A stretch of 64,000 nt of DNA from Macrostomum hystrix (Eukaryota > Animalia > Platyhelminthes): NCBI GenBank assembly GCA_950097015.1, contig CATNEN010000001.1, forward strand, positions 21,266,001-21,330,000, written 5' to 3'. The position numbers and the translations under genes were made by a program. The notes under the pieces were generated by a model that did no database searches, was not told the origin of the DNA, and saw only the letters and a list, made by a program, of their open reading frames with translations. Positions 35,502-49,388 of the stretch are shown here, one piece after another (within the stretch, counting starts at the first letter, position 1; every line of letters begins with the position of its first letter).

Positions 35502-37851
35502 ATGGTTCGACGCGGCGCCAGCAGTTTAAAGAAGAGCCGCGATGCCAAGCGACGGCGACAGGCAGAATCCGAGGCAGAGCGGGATGCCCGACTGGAAGAA
35601 CAGCGGCAGCGGGACGCTCAGCGCAGAGAGGCTGAGACTGAGGCAGAGTGGGCTGCCCGTCTGGAAGAACAGCGGCAGCGGGACGCTCAGCGCAGAGAGG
35701 CTGAGACTGAGGCAGAGTGGGCTGCCCGACTGGAAGAACAGCGGCAGCGGGACGCTCAGCGCAGAGAGGCTGAGACTGAGGCAGAGTGGGCTGCCCGACT
35801 GGAAGAACAGCGGCAGCGGGACGCTCAGCGCAGAGAGGCTGAGACTGAGGCAGTGGGCTGCCCGACTGGAAGAACAGCGGCAGCGGGACGCTCAGCGCAG
35901 AGAGGCTGAGACTGAGGCAGAGTGGGCTGCCCGACTGAAAGAACAGCGGCAGCGGGACGCTCAGCGCAGAGAGGCTGAGACTGAGGCAGAGTGGGCTGCC
36001 CGACTGGAAGAACAGCGGCAGCGGAATGCTCAGCGCAGAGAGGCTGAGACTGAGGCAGAGCGAGCTGCCCGACTGGAAGCCGATCGGATTCGTCGCCGTG
36101 GAGCCGAGGTTTCTAGGTGAGTTTTATAGCAAAGTTTAAAAAAAGTCTTTATTTTTGTTTTTTTATCTGAATTGCCTTGAATGGGATAATTTTCATGGGA
36201 TAATTTTTTAAAATTAATTGTCTTAAAAAGCCAATTAAGGGAGCTGTGCTTACGTTCACTCATTGCCCCTTAGGTCGGACACCCAGCAGCAAGGTACGGA
36301 AGCTATTGTACCCTTTGAGCAGTTGCAGGTAATCCCCATTGTGGGTGATGGCAATTGCTTCTTTTATGCCGTGTGTGATCAGCTGCGTGGAACCCCGCTG
36401 GAAACTGACGCAGCCTCCTTGCGGCAGGATTTGTCTTGCCGTGTTGCAGAACTCATGCCACAGTTGGTTGCAGATGGCCTCATTGCACCTGAGAGTGCTG
36501 ATGACATTGTGAATTGCTCTTTTCAAACAGGAATTTATGTTTCAGATGAAGTTGCTTCGTTATTGAGCCGCTGTTTTAATATGGACCTGGTCATTTACCA
36601 GGCCAATGGTAATGTTATGCAGTATTTCAGGGCTAATCTGCATCCTCCTAATGCCTTTGTGCGGGTGCTCTTGCGCCATGAACATTACGAGTCACTGAGA
36701 CTTCGAGAGCCTTTGCAAGCCCTTTCAGATGCAGAGTTTCCAAGCTTGGCAGCAAGCAGAACTCCTGCCAAGAGGGCCAAGAAAGTCAAGTGCCCGAGAG
36801 CAATGCCAGCTCCTAGCTCCCGTTCGGACACTGGAGCACAGACTGAGCAGAGGTGAGTAATTTTCTCCCTTAGTAGTTTCAAATCATGTTGACACAAAGA
36901 ATCGAAATTTATGCACCCTCATTATAATCTCTGCTCAACCCCTACTCAAACCCTGCTCACAGGCATGCCGAACCGGTGAAGCCAGAAGCCCCGGCTCACC
37001 AATGCGGCCCAATGAACAGCGCTTGTAATGACTGCGGCGCCCTGCTGTGGGCCAAGGAGACGAGAAATTTCTGCTGTGCCAAGGACAAGGTCAAGCTGCC
37101 CACCCGTTCCGTGCCGGAGGTCCTGGCAGATCTGTACACGGGGCAGCACCGCCTCAGTGACATCAGGAGCTACAACTCTGTGCTGCACCTGACTTCTCTG
37201 GGTGCGAAGCTCAGACTGGTGCCTGGCTGGAGTCCCAGCTTCATTATCAGCGGCCAGCTGCATCACAACATGGGGCCGCTGCTTGCCGACACCTCAGCCG
37301 TGCCGCATGGCTGGCAGGTGTACTTCATGGACCGCGAGCTGGAAAGCCGCCTGAGCCTCAGCCAGAAGGTGAAGCCGCAGCTGCTGGAGCTGCTGCAAAC
37401 TGTACTGCACGAGTGCAACGGCTATGTGCAGAGCCTGCGAGCTGCTGCTCAGCGGATCACTGGCGACCCGGAGCTGGGAGATGCGCGAATTGTGATTCAC
37501 CCGGACCGAAGACCAGCTGGGGAACACATTCGGTGAGTGAGCTGTGTTATGGAGCTGCTCTTTGGGATAAACCTGGGATAAATCTGTTGCATTATGTGAA
37601 ATACCTGCGGCACCAATTCAATTCCTGTTCATTCCCAGGCGTTTCAATCTCCCTACTGCCAATAAGGTTGGCATCCTGGTTGTCGGTGGTTCCGAGGACG
37701 CACCGACAAGTCGTGACGTTGTGATCCGATTGCGCGGAGGCGAAGTTCAGCGCATTTCCGAGACGCACCGGTCCTATGACCCTCTGGAGTACGTGCTGCT
37801 GTTCCCGAATGGCGAGGACGGTTGGCACCCGGAGCTACAGATGGCGAATGG
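35502..37851 (+). pseudogene. Helitron Rep/helicase gene, N-terminal part with charged repeats, OTU protease and Zn finger; four exons, truncated
   Basis: Exons 35502-36116, 36274-36852, 36963-37532 and 37639-~37851 are joined by in-phase GT-AG introns. OTU GDGNCFF...HYESL; CNDCGALLW..E..FCC; YNS; RISETHRSYDPLEYVLLFPNGEDGWH. One frameshift in the repeat (~35853). Confidence 0.88.
35570..36080 (+). repeat. 60-bp coding tandem repeat (core ARLEEQRQRDAQRREAETEAEW)
   Basis: Seen directly. Confidence 0.95.
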
Positions 37852-39339
37852 GTACTGCTTGTATTGCTCATGTGTACTACAGTTATATACAAATCCAGAC
37901 AATTTTTTTAATTTCTTCATTTGTAAGTGAATTTCTAAGCCCTGCTCATCGTACTAACTGCGACTGCAATGTTCCGAACAATAAGTAGCTCAGCATTGCA
38001 ACTATTGCCCTTGAATAAAGCCCCTCTTATTATAATAAATGACTTAAAGAATCAGTTCAATGCAGCTATCTCATTGTGAATGGAAAGCAACGGGAGCTAC
38101 ATCCTTCGACCTTTGGTTTGACGCTTTTAATAAAGCTAACACTGGCTATATATAGCTATGATATATGATATATATTATCAAACTAAATTCCCCCTGTCTT
38201 TTCTAGTCACACTCCTCAGCAGACTTCTCTTTTCTTATGCCTCATTCACATTGTCAAATCTTATTTTGAATCAAATCCCATTTTACATAAAAGTATATTT
38301 CAAATTAGATCCCATTTTGATAGTTCATAATGAATAGCTAATATCAATGGCTAATTGATCAATGGATCAATTTCTAATCTCCTTTCTTTTTCTTAATGAT
38401 TCCAGTTCTCATCAGATCCTATTTCTCATCTGACCTCTTTTCTTAGTAATCCATTATGTATCATCCTTCATTACAAATGCATGCCTGACAATTTGTCTTT
38501 TAAAATAGAATAAGGCAGGTACCAGGAGTGCAGATTCATGAATCATGGGACTGGTCTATGTCCGCTAAAACATTTATTTGTATTTCTTCAATTACAAAGC
38601 ACATTGAAAACAACAAAACGACAATTGAGTGAGCATTCGGCAAAATTATTATTATACAAATACATATCATTATGACGTTATAAGAAAACAAACTCCAAAT
38701 GTAGAGAATTCAATTCAATGAAAAAAGAAAAAACTGCATTGCACCTAAAAATATTTACACAAACAGTAAATATGATGAACTTGCAGAAGGCTCCGCCAAC
38801 AAGACAGTATCATTGCACAGTTAATTGCATTTGACTGCAAGAATAATGGTGTCAATCCTACTGCTTGTTGGCTTGCTTTACTCTGCTGGTCAGAGGCATT
38901 CACTGGAGCAAGTTAAGTTCACATACTCAACGTCACACAAAAAGCTTTACTGCTTGGGAAGCATTCACAGCCGGGGTCGGCATTACGCAAGTTCATTCAC
39001 TCTTGCCACAGCACAGCTCAACATGCTTAGTCGGCCATCACAAGATTTAAGGTCTGCGATTAGGCTGCTTCAGACCATGGCTGCATACCCTCTCTTTTAT
39101 CGTGGAAGAACCTCTGAATCGTGATAAGCAGCGAACACGTATTTCAACCACGTCTCTCAAGGCCCATTGATATGCAGTCAACCTGCTCCAAAAGGAACAG
39201 GATTTACGCTGATGTGACTCATTGGGCCAATGGGCAGAGCTCAACTATCATGCACCATTTACACATCAGGCGGCTCAACTTGTGATGGCGACTCACTGCA
39301 ACATCTCACAGACACAATTACACAGCAGCTGTCTCACCC

Positions 39340-40677
39340 ATGCTACACTCAATCTGAGTAGTTCAGGTTGAAATCCTTGTCCGAACCAATTACTCGTCCA
39401 TAGACATACGAGCCGCCGTAATGCTCAGCCCCATCAGCTCTAGGCGTAGAAGTGAGGACCTGCTGGCTCCTGTATTGCCCGTCTCGGGAGAATGTAATCT
39501 GCGAAATGAAATGGGGGATAAAATCTCTTTAATTAGGAAGTCTTAATACTATTTCATACTTCTGCGCGCCCCATTCGCATCCTTTAAGGCAATGGAAAAT
39601 GCATAATATAGGGGTGTGGTCAGCAGCATTATTCAGTCCCTCAGTTAGTTCCGTCAAATAAACTCACCTCCTTGTCTCCGAAACGCAGTCGGATTCGTTG
39701 TACACCGTTGAATTGGCTAAACATTCGCTCGGGGTATTGCATCACCATTTCGTCATCTCGTGACGCCTTGTTCTCCTGTTGAACACTTTGGGTCATGCGC
39801 ACTGCCTCGAAGCACTGTTGGCTAGTCACAGCCTGTCTGTACCAGTCGGAAACATCAGAGACTTCGGCAGAGTCTTCTGGCCAATGCTGCACTTCCACTT
39901 TCGAACAACCGAGACTAACCGCTTCGGCGAACTCCTGGACTTGCGCACCTCGAATGGCCAGAACGTCGCCCACGGACCAGTTAGTCACCTTAGTGGCAGA
40001 GGTAGCCCAGAAAGTACACGATACTTGGCACCCAGACTGATCCACGAGCGTCACTTTCGCTAGGTTGACCAGCTTTCCGGCACCGGTTTTCACTTCCCGC
40101 GGTTTCTCGACGGCAGAGATTGTTCCACGAACGTCGACATTCCTGCGTTGTATGGAAATGGAAAACAAATGACTAAAAGCGACTGCACGAAAGCTGCCAA
40201 GCTTGTAGTATCTATAAACTGCAGTCTAATAAGCAACAAAGATCCCAGAGTAAAGCGACTATAATAACCTTTGAACAATATTACTCACGTGTTAATCTGG
40301 CTTCCGGAAATCTCATTAATTTTCCTGTACATAGCTGCACGTCGAGAAACCGTCTCGTTTGTCTTCACAAAAACACCTGATTAGTCAAAAGATACGGTCA
40401 TCTCGTATTGGTTACCCGTACGGTTGTAGGCCGAATTTGCCTTCTTCACCCAACCTCCGGTTATGCGCACGGCCTCGTCGGCTTGGCAGACGTCCAGAAG
40501 TGGCCTCAGATCTGTGCCAAACACGCTCACTCGAATGTCCCCCGTGTCATCACTTAAGACGAAGGAGAACACTTGGCCCGGTCCGTCCTTTCTGACAAAG
40601 TCCTTGATGGTCGTCAGCATCGTCACCAGGCCGACAGCAACCTCCATCAGGCCCGGAAGCAGAGCAGATACGCACAT
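39340..40677 (-). pseudogene. RPA70-like tandem OB-fold ssDNA-binding protein, probably Helitron-associated
   Basis: GQVFSFVLSDDTGDIRVSVF..VKKAN..YN...YEM and VDVRG..VTLVDQSG..VSCTFW..GDVLAIRGA..DWY. Introns at ~40143-40288 and ~39500-39668. In-frame TAA at 40381. Confidence 0.82.
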
Positions 40678-40997
40678 TTTGCTCTTCTTGGCTTGTCCGG
40701 CAGGCGACTCTATCGTTTGTTTGCTATTAAGTATACAGAAAAGTATAGGAAATGACAAAACAAAAATTTTGCACTTAGGCAGGGCTGTTTACTTTGATAT
40801 AAAACCCTAATGAGCTGATAAAGCTAAGCCAGTCAAAATGGCATAACACCACCCACTATATACACCAATCTTAAATAACACAGCATTAAGCTGTCCTACC
40901 TCAACTGCAACGTAACGTCTAGACGATACAAAAAAACTTCTAGACGCAAACTGGCTGAGACAACTTTGGACTGCCTAACAGCTCTAAGCCAATCAGA

Positions 40998-41485
40998 ATG
41001 GACCAAGCTAATCTGCAGGGTTTTGAGCACTGGTTAAAATCCCAAATCAACCACAACTACTACGCCGGCTGCGGCGGGCGTCGCGGTCGAGGAGGCCACC
41101 GCAGAGGACCATGTAAGTAACTTTGTGTCTGCCTATAATTCTATACATCTGCCTTACTTGGTCATTTATTTTCACGAAGTCATTCCGTCAGGCTTTCAGT
41201 TAGACATTAACTGGATGTCTGAGTGTCAGGCTTGGTACAATTCTAACACTCATTGCAACATACATTGCAACAACACTCAATTAATACAGTCTCGTGTTAC
41301 CTCTGCGGTGGACCTCACCGCATCGCCCGCTGCCCCGCCGTCGCCGAGCACCGGCAGCAGCATGTAAAACAGCAGCAAGAGCGTCAAGAAGAATTACGCT
41401 TCAGGAACAGCTGCGTAGTTTGCGCCTGCAGGAATTTGTTGACGTTATGGATAGTTATTTTTCAGAGTCATTATATTGGGATTAA
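40998..41485 (+). other. RG-rich exon plus CCHC zinc knuckle fragment
   Basis: GRRGRGGHRRG before a GTAAGT donor, and CYLCGGPHRIARC (CX2CX3HX4C). Gene structure is unclear. Confidence 0.4.
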
Positions 41486-44400
41486 TCGAGGGGTAAGTCT
41501 TTCTTCTTGTCTTACTCTTTCAGGAGCTAGGCCTTCTTGGTGTAGCTCTTCTTAATTATCGAAAGAATCTCCAATCGAGTCTAAAAAGTCCAATTTATCA
41601 TTATTTATTAGTGTTTATGTTTTATATGTATTAATAAAAAACAGTAAAAAAGCCGAAAATATTACTTTTATTTCTTAATAGTTGTCATTAATAGCAGCAG
41701 TAGGTTCTGAGCAGCGTGTTTTAGTACTGCTTCAGGCCTGTCTATTGCTTTTTGCCAGTGAAAATAATTTTTTAGTTTCATAGAAAATAGTTTTATAAAA
41801 CTTTGCATAATAAATATCCCAATCTTAATACCTGTAAACTAACAAAAGTAATACTTTAAGAGCTCGGTACTACAGAATAACCGAGCTAATCTACTTTAAC
41901 TTATTACTTACTACTTACTTATCTTGCATAAAAGACTACTACTACTCGTTTTAATTGCTTACTTGCGTTTTCGTTTTATAATTCTCTAAATTGCGTATAC
42001 GTTTTAAGCTACTGACAGTAGCAACTACATAGGAAAAATCAAACAAAAACACAACATTTGAAAAACCAAAAATAAAACAGTTTTAAATTGTTTTATATAT
42101 TTAAATTTATCTGTTACCTGTTACCCCGTTGCAGCCCAGCAATGTTGCCAACGAAGCGATGCCACGTGCCTCGTTCGGACTCGTCCGATGAGGAGGGTCC
42201 AGGCGGACTGACGCGCCTCGAAGCACCGCCTGTCCGAGTGCGCGCTATCGGTGCTGCAGCCGGCCAATTTGAACCATTCGGCGGCCCCCGCGATGCGCCC
42301 TGTGTTCTGGTGCACCTGCGGATTGGCGCTCCAGCCGCCCAGCGAGCGGCCCGTGAAAACCGGCATCGCCAGCCCGGCAGCACGACAACGTGTCGGCTCG
42401 TCAGCCATACCGCTGGCTCTGCCTCTCAGCCTGCGCCCCTTGAAGCAGCAGGTGACCCTGTTCTGCTGGGGATCCGCAGGATCCGAATGGCACAGTAAGC
42501 AGTGGCCGCGACACCTGCAATGGCTCGTCAACCCTTGACGCCATTGCACTAAAACAACGGACCAGCTACGCCGGCGAGCCTCGCGCTTATCACTTCTGCC
42601 CACTTGCAGGTCAAAACCGAGGCGGTGACGCCGCCACGGACGCCACCCTCGCCTGCCCTGGGCCTGCGGCTGCCTACTGCACCGCTGAGATTTTGCGACG
42701 CCAGCACCATGACGGAGGCTGATGATGGCACCGCCCAGCTGCGCGTCACCGCAGCAAAGAAACTCGCGACTCTAATCGTCGACGCGTCCAGGTTTGACGT
42801 CGCAGTAGACTTCTACAGTTGGCCCATGATTCAGGCCATCCAGGCCCTACCTGCCAAGGATCAGCTGGTCATCCTGGACGAGGCGCTGAGTCAGGCTCAG
42901 CTACATCTGCGGCCAGCTCGCCACCCAGTTGCCGCATGGGCAGCTGCGGAAGCCTTCGCCAAGGCGGTCCTCAGTCACCCTAGGGTGCCGGATGCCCACT
43001 ATTTTTTAAATGGTGTGGAGTCCGCCCATTGGCACTGACTTGCCACCGCGTAAGTGGCATTCCTCCATCCATCTAGGGGCTCTGCCTAATGATTGAAAGC
43101 GCGGTGACGCTAATGCTTGACGCTTAAATATTTCTTTATTATGCCATCACCCACTTTTAAACCACTATAACTTGACCCACTATAACTCCCACCACCACCC
43201 GAGCTACGCAGGACTCTGACAGCCTTTAAACTGCGCCTGAAACTCTGCACGGTCTGCGCTTCTCAATAATTCGTGACTTTTCGGGCCAAGGATCCTTCAC
43301 CTCACCGAAGGCAGAAGTCCTAACGCCCTGGTGGCAGCGCTACTACTACACTACCTAGTAATCTTGGACTTCATATTGGAGTTCGCCGGATCCCGCATTG
43401 TTAGCAGGACGACCGGTACAACACTGTAAAGCACGATGTGCCTCAATATAAGGACTTCGTTATTATAAACAAAGCAAGCGATATCATCTAAGTATTGGTA
43501 AAGCATTTTTAGTGTTTATCATATAATTTTACCGAGTTACTCACCCCTCCAGTTGCTTCAGTCTGCGTCTGCGTTTTGTGTTCCCGTTGTTTTCTATAGA
43601 GTAAAAAGTGCTGCCTTTCTCTTTGCTCGCGCCGATATTCTCGAAGCGGATTTACATTTTCACTAGATCTTTTATCGGCTGCCAATATAAAACATTTGTT
43701 AATATGTCTTATAGTATGCTTGATATTTTCTTTTCGTCACTCGTTATTTACACGGGACCGGGTAAATGACTTTAATATACATTATACATTTACAATTATA
43801 CATCTCCATTAATAGGTTAAAAAATGAATAAAATACTTTGTGTATCTTTTCTCGATATGAACATTACTTTTCGAGGCAATACATTTGCTTTAATAAAAAT
43901 ACGCATCAGATTTGGCTAAATTATGTTAGTTACCTTAATGTACGCTCGTAAATTACATTAAATAGTGTATTTTTAACAAAATAGATAACGTGTAAATAAC
44001 GAGTGCATTTCTTTTAAAACTTTTTTTAACTGAGAAAATTGGTTGTATCACAATACGCTCCGTAAAAATTATTACTTTTTTGCACTGTACGAATAATTTG
44101 TTTTACCTAGACCTAATATTTTTTGTTAAAATCAACGTGAATAAGTCATGTCAAGCACGTACGCAATTTTTGTGTTTATTCTTATTTGTGCACCATATTA
44201 TTTTAGTATGAAAAGTATATTTGGAAATACAAGCTGGTTGCAGAATGTAAAAGACAGTGTTGGCGCCTGCAGAATTTGCAAGAGGCTGAGAGTAAAGAGA
44301 AGCACTATAGTTGTCGTAACATTAAATTGTAGAAAGGTTGTTTGTTAACACCCCAGTGTAAAAGGTTGAGTCCGGCGGACCCTGATCGGACTCGGATTGG

Positions 44401-44759
44401 TCCCCCATGAGCTGATTTCCAAAAAAAAATTTTTTTGTTTAAAGACTTTAAACCGACTGTTAATGTCTTTTTCGGTGTTTTTCGAGGATATTTTGTTCTA
44501 TTTTCAGCGTAATTTTGGGGGGTCCGATTTCAGTCCTTTCTGTCCTGACTCATTTTGTGAGTCCGTAACAAGTCCTTTGACATCTGATTTAATTCAAACT
44601 AAAAACGGCGAATAAAAATTAAAGCATTCTTGATGTGCTACTGTCAGTAGACCGTTGAGGTAACACCAGTTCCAGTAGGAAAAATTATTTTAACCAGCCC
44701 AGACTACTCTTATTAGAGTTCCAGCAGAGGATATTCTGACAGTTCATGCAGCATCGATA

Positions 44760-45445
44760 TCTCAGTCTCACCTTCATGTCTATCTCACAGTCTCACCCTC
44801 ATCTATCTCACAGTCTCACCCTCATCTATCTCACAGTCTCACCCTCATCTATCTCACAGTCTCACCCTCATCTATCTCACAGTCTAACCCTCATCTATCT
44901 CACAGTATCACCCTCATCTATCTCACAGTCTCACCCTCATCTATCTCACAGTCTCACCCTCATCTATCTCACAGTCTCACCCTCATCTATCTCACAGTCT
45001 CACCCTCATCTATCTCACAGTCTCACCCTCATCTATCTCACAGTCTCACCCTCATCTATCTCACAGTCTCACCCTCATCTATCTCACAGTCTCACCCTCA
45101 TCTATCTCACAGTCTCACCCTCATCTATCTCACAGTCTCACCCTCATCTATCTCACAGTATCACCCTCATCTATCTCACAGTATCACCCTCATCTATCTC
45201 ACAGTCTCACCCTCATCTATCTCACAGTATCACCCTCATCTATCTCACAGTCTCACCCTCATCTATCTCACAGTCTCACCCTCATCTATCTCACAGTCTC
45301 ACCCTCATCTATCTCACAGTCTCACCCTCATCTATCTCACAGTCTCACCCTCATCTATCTCACAGTCTCACCCTCATCTATCTCACAGTCTCACCCTCAT
45401 CTATCTCACAGTCTCACCCTCATCTATCTCACAGTCTCACTCTCA
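44760..45445. repeat. 23-bp minisatellite (CTATCTCACAGTCTCACCCTCAT), about 29 copies
   Basis: Seen directly; highly homogeneous. Confidence 0.97.
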
Positions 45446-47759
45446 TCTCTCCCCAAACTTGCGACTAAATTGCGACTCTCTTTCTTTACCACCGGCAATA
45501 AAGTTATGTACTGTCATAAATACTGAATAAACAAGCAATAAAAATGATATAAACAATCCTGCTTCCCTTCCGCCTGCCTCATCCAGGTGTTCTTCGAACA
45601 ATTCAAACATGGCCATTTTTAATTTACAGCCTGGCTGGCCTTGATCTTTATTTGAAGCACAGATCCTTCTTTGTTCACAATACTTTAGAGGGGCATGCCC
45701 AAGGGGCACAGACCAAGAAATATAACTAGACTGCGCATCCCGCACTGCCTGCCAGGACTTGCTTTTTTGCAAATAGTGGAAAAATGGTCCCACTGCCCAC
45801 GGAAAAATAAGACACAATAAACCAAGAAATACTTCGAGACGAGACAAAGCATGGTCTCCAAGATATACCTAGTATATCTAGGAGTCCATGGACAAAGACA
45901 AAAACCCCTAGACAATCAACCCGTAGTTTGGTTTTACCGGTAAGAGGAAATTGGGGAGCCAAATGGAGGCAAAGAGTTCCGCTAGGCCAGCCCGCTAGGT
46001 CGCCTGACATGTAAATACCGTATATAGAATGAGTGAGTGAGTAACTGATTGGATGAGCGAGTTAGAGAGTGACTTGGGTGAGTGAGTGACTGACTGACTG
46101 AACGAGCAAAAATAGACTCCTTGAGGCCCGAAAATTTAAGCTAGCAATGGGGAGAAGTTGCTCCCATGTAATAAAAAAAACGAAAAAAATAATTTACAGT
46201 CCAGATGCTACTATATGAGTCTATGGAGCAACACACCACACCATCTGCAATATTTAGATCAAAACGAGCAAAAGATTTTCTGTTTATACGAGCTAAAGTG
46301 TTACATAACTGTTACATAGTTACATGTAAGAATTGTTACAGAATTGTTACATAAAGCCAGGGCTCCGTTGTTCCCCGCTCTTTAATATCTCTCCCCATGA
46401 GCCCTTATCTGCCTGCGAGCAGATAAGGGCTGCGCTGTGAAGGCCTTGTGTGGAAACCCAGTGCTCGTACAAGTGATTTATTGCCCCTGTGACCCAGGCC
46501 ATAGCATTCTAGATACTCGTTTCAAACTGTATCTAGAATTATATACCCAGGCCGAAAGGCGCCGCAGAACTGGGGCTGGGTTTACTCAAATAATTCTATA
46601 TATCAAACTTAATCTAGAATTGATATATAGAATTATTTGGTTTACTGCACCACTGGGCACTGGGTGCAGTTGCTCCTAGGTTGAACCGAAAAGGAGAGCG
46701 CTGGGAATTGCAGGGCCAGGTCTTTGCCTCTGCCGCCCCCACGGCCCCACCTGGTGCTTTGGAATCCTTTTCTAAGACGAAACTTCTATACTTTGCAATC
46801 TGGACTTGCAACCAAAATTCAGAGTCAGAGATTGAGACTTGGGGCAAACAACCCAGCAAATTGAAACCTGGAGTAATTGTTTGCCCGTCAGTTAAAAAAA
46901 CTGCCCGTCAGTGAGATAGTGAAGGCGGGAGGTCCCCCAACCTGCCCATTGCGAACCGGCTGGCCGCGGAGAGCCCCAGATACGAGAGGCGGGAACATTG
47001 GATTGCAATTTGCATTGTTGCAAGAAGAAAAATAGAAATTTAAACTAACAATCAGGAGAATTTGCTTTTTGATAAGCCGTACACTTGTCTAGAGCAATAA
47101 AGAGCATACTTCAAAGTATGAAAAGAGCAAGGAATGAAATGGGTCGCCCTGAATAAAATAACTTGGAATTAAATTCACTGCATTGTTCACTGCCTTTCCT
47201 GTCTTCCCCTCTCTTCCCTGCCCTAACTTGGTCTCTGCCCCGTATCTTGTGCACCGAAACCCCAGTGAGGCCCACATGAGGAAATTCTGAGGGTCGATCT
47301 GCAAGGTCGGTTTCAGCGCAAGCTGGGAAAATATTTGCATCGGCATGTAGATTTTCAATGGGTAGTGCAGACTTCCGGCTTTCAGATAGGAAGTTTTGAA
47401 ACTGTCTGCTTGGATTCGTGTCGTCCTCGGTTTTTTTTTCCTTCGGCATATTTGTTTTGCAAATACAGCTCAATTTTTTTTATTTCGAATGATTTTTAAT
47501 ATTTTTCATTTTTCATTTTTTGAAGCTTGATTTAGGATCGAGGCCCGAGTGGGAAGGGGGAGGGAAGAATGGGGAGGAGGTCGAGTAATGGGTGAGGGTT
47601 GGTCAATACAGATATAGCTGCGCTGATTGGATGAGGAATTTGATTTTCCTGCATCCCTTTCCCGCAACTATAGCTATATTCTCATGCCAACCTGCATAGA
47701 AGACAGTCAATCCAGTCTTTTTTCCAGTTCCGATTCCCATCTAGATTTGACAGACAGCA

Positions 47760-49388
47760 ATGGAATCTGTCCGATTCATTGTTTATTTTGAGACCGACAA
47801 GCAGGTCATTGAGCTCATGTTCAGTGAGGTAGCTCTTGGTGAGTACCAAGAGTATACTGTGGAGGACTGGGAGAAGTTAGGCGCAGAAAATCGCTTTTAT
47901 AAAAATCCAATTAGAGTAAGGGCCGACTTCGGCAATGAATGGTTTGACGCGTGCATAGTTCAAATTGTACTTGATGAGAACACGGAAACAGACCCGACTA
48001 TAAAATTTATTCGGGATTTGATCAGCATTAAAAGAAAGAGTCTCGAAGGGATTCTGTGCGCCATTCCCAGGGTGAATGTCGGCCGGCGGAACCGATTCAC
48101 GAACATGAGGGTAAGTGAAAATATTTTTATTCAATTTCAAATTTAATTATAAATTTTCTCTAACCGTCGCACTTCTCAGCTTCTTTCACCCACTCTCATA
48201 CCAAAGGACATTAGAACATCCGACGAAGAGAATGAGGCGCAGAGCGAAAACCGGATGAGGGAAAGCCAGGAAGGGGACGTTGCAGCTCTTGCTGCTCAAC
48301 CAGAGCTGCCTGCCTTCAATCACGCCCTTCTGCATTCTCAACGGCACCCGCTGAACACACGTACGCCACCGTTGATGTCGGTGCCAGCCACGCCGCCGAC
48401 AACAGTTCGGCGGGACAGCATCGTGGCGACGTCGATGTCGGTGCCAGCCACGCCACCGACAACAGTTCGGCGGGACAGCGTCGCGGCGACGTCGATGTCG
48501 GTGCCAGCCACGCCGCCGACAACAGTTTGGCGGGACAGCGTAGCGGCGACGTCGATGTCGGTGCCAGCTACGCCGCCGACAACAGTTCGGCGGTATGTCG
48601 CCGATGACCCAGATTCTGACGCTGGGATCGACCAACTAAATCCAGCAGCGATGCACAACATCAGGCAGTATCTCGCAGCAGAAGGAACAACGGCCGAATC
48701 GCTGAACGGAGTCGCCATACTAGCCATGCTGAGCGCACGCCGAAGCTGCGACGCTGTCCGAAGAATTAAGCAGCTGGAGCAAAAAGTGCTGCCGATTCTG
48801 GAGGGCATCGCTTCTTCCCTCGCGGACGCACGTCTCGGCTCCGGAACATCAGGACCAGCCCGCGGCAGTCGCCAATACTTTGAGCCCATCGACTCCTGGG
48901 AGAAGTATATTGACTTTCTCTCATCAACGCAGCTTCAGTCCAGCTTTGTAAGTATATCCGAAACACTGATAGGAAGAGAATCAGAATCACTTAAAAAGAA
49001 GACAGCTCATTTTTTAGTTTGTTATCTTTGTGGATAAAGATAACCGAATGTGTAGTGTGGAAATGAAATAAGTGATTATGTATTTCTACTTAAAGTAGAG
49101 CGTGACACTTTTTGAGGATTGGTTTTTGAAAATTCAAAATTGAAAGTTTCACAATTCTACGGATACTTTTTATGTCACAACTCAGATTGCAGGCCTGCGT
49201 GGTTGCCGTTGCAGCACCCTGCCGGAAACGATCCGTCGAATGATGGACAAGTGTTTGTCGCCGAGGATGCTGTGTCTGGTCAGTTGGAGCGGCAAAGGCT
49301 GTATTCCGCGCTGCCAAGAGGAATTTTCAGAGTGCAGCATCGACTATGAGCAGCTTGGATTCAAGAGAGTCAGAAAGTTGTTTATTGG
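47760..49388 (+). CDS. Multi-exon gene with a DUF4806-like C-terminus (CACTA/EnSpm accessory-ORF type)
   Basis: Exons ~47760-48110, ~48180-48947 and ~49186-49388 with GTAAGT/GTGAGT donors. FEPIDSWE..F...TIRRMMDKCLS..L..VSWSG resembles DUF4806 from memory. Contains a 60-bp coding repeat x4 (48373-48595). Confidence 0.55.

Noticed and set aside
37721-37741. IRLRGG resembling a ubiquitin C-terminus
   Set aside because: Lies within the conserved Helitron segment before RISE.H..YDPL; no ubiquitin fold upstream.
43422-43430. CACTGTAAA as the left TIR matching 52663-52671
   Set aside because: Only 9 bp match, no adjacent subterminal repeats and no convincing TSD.
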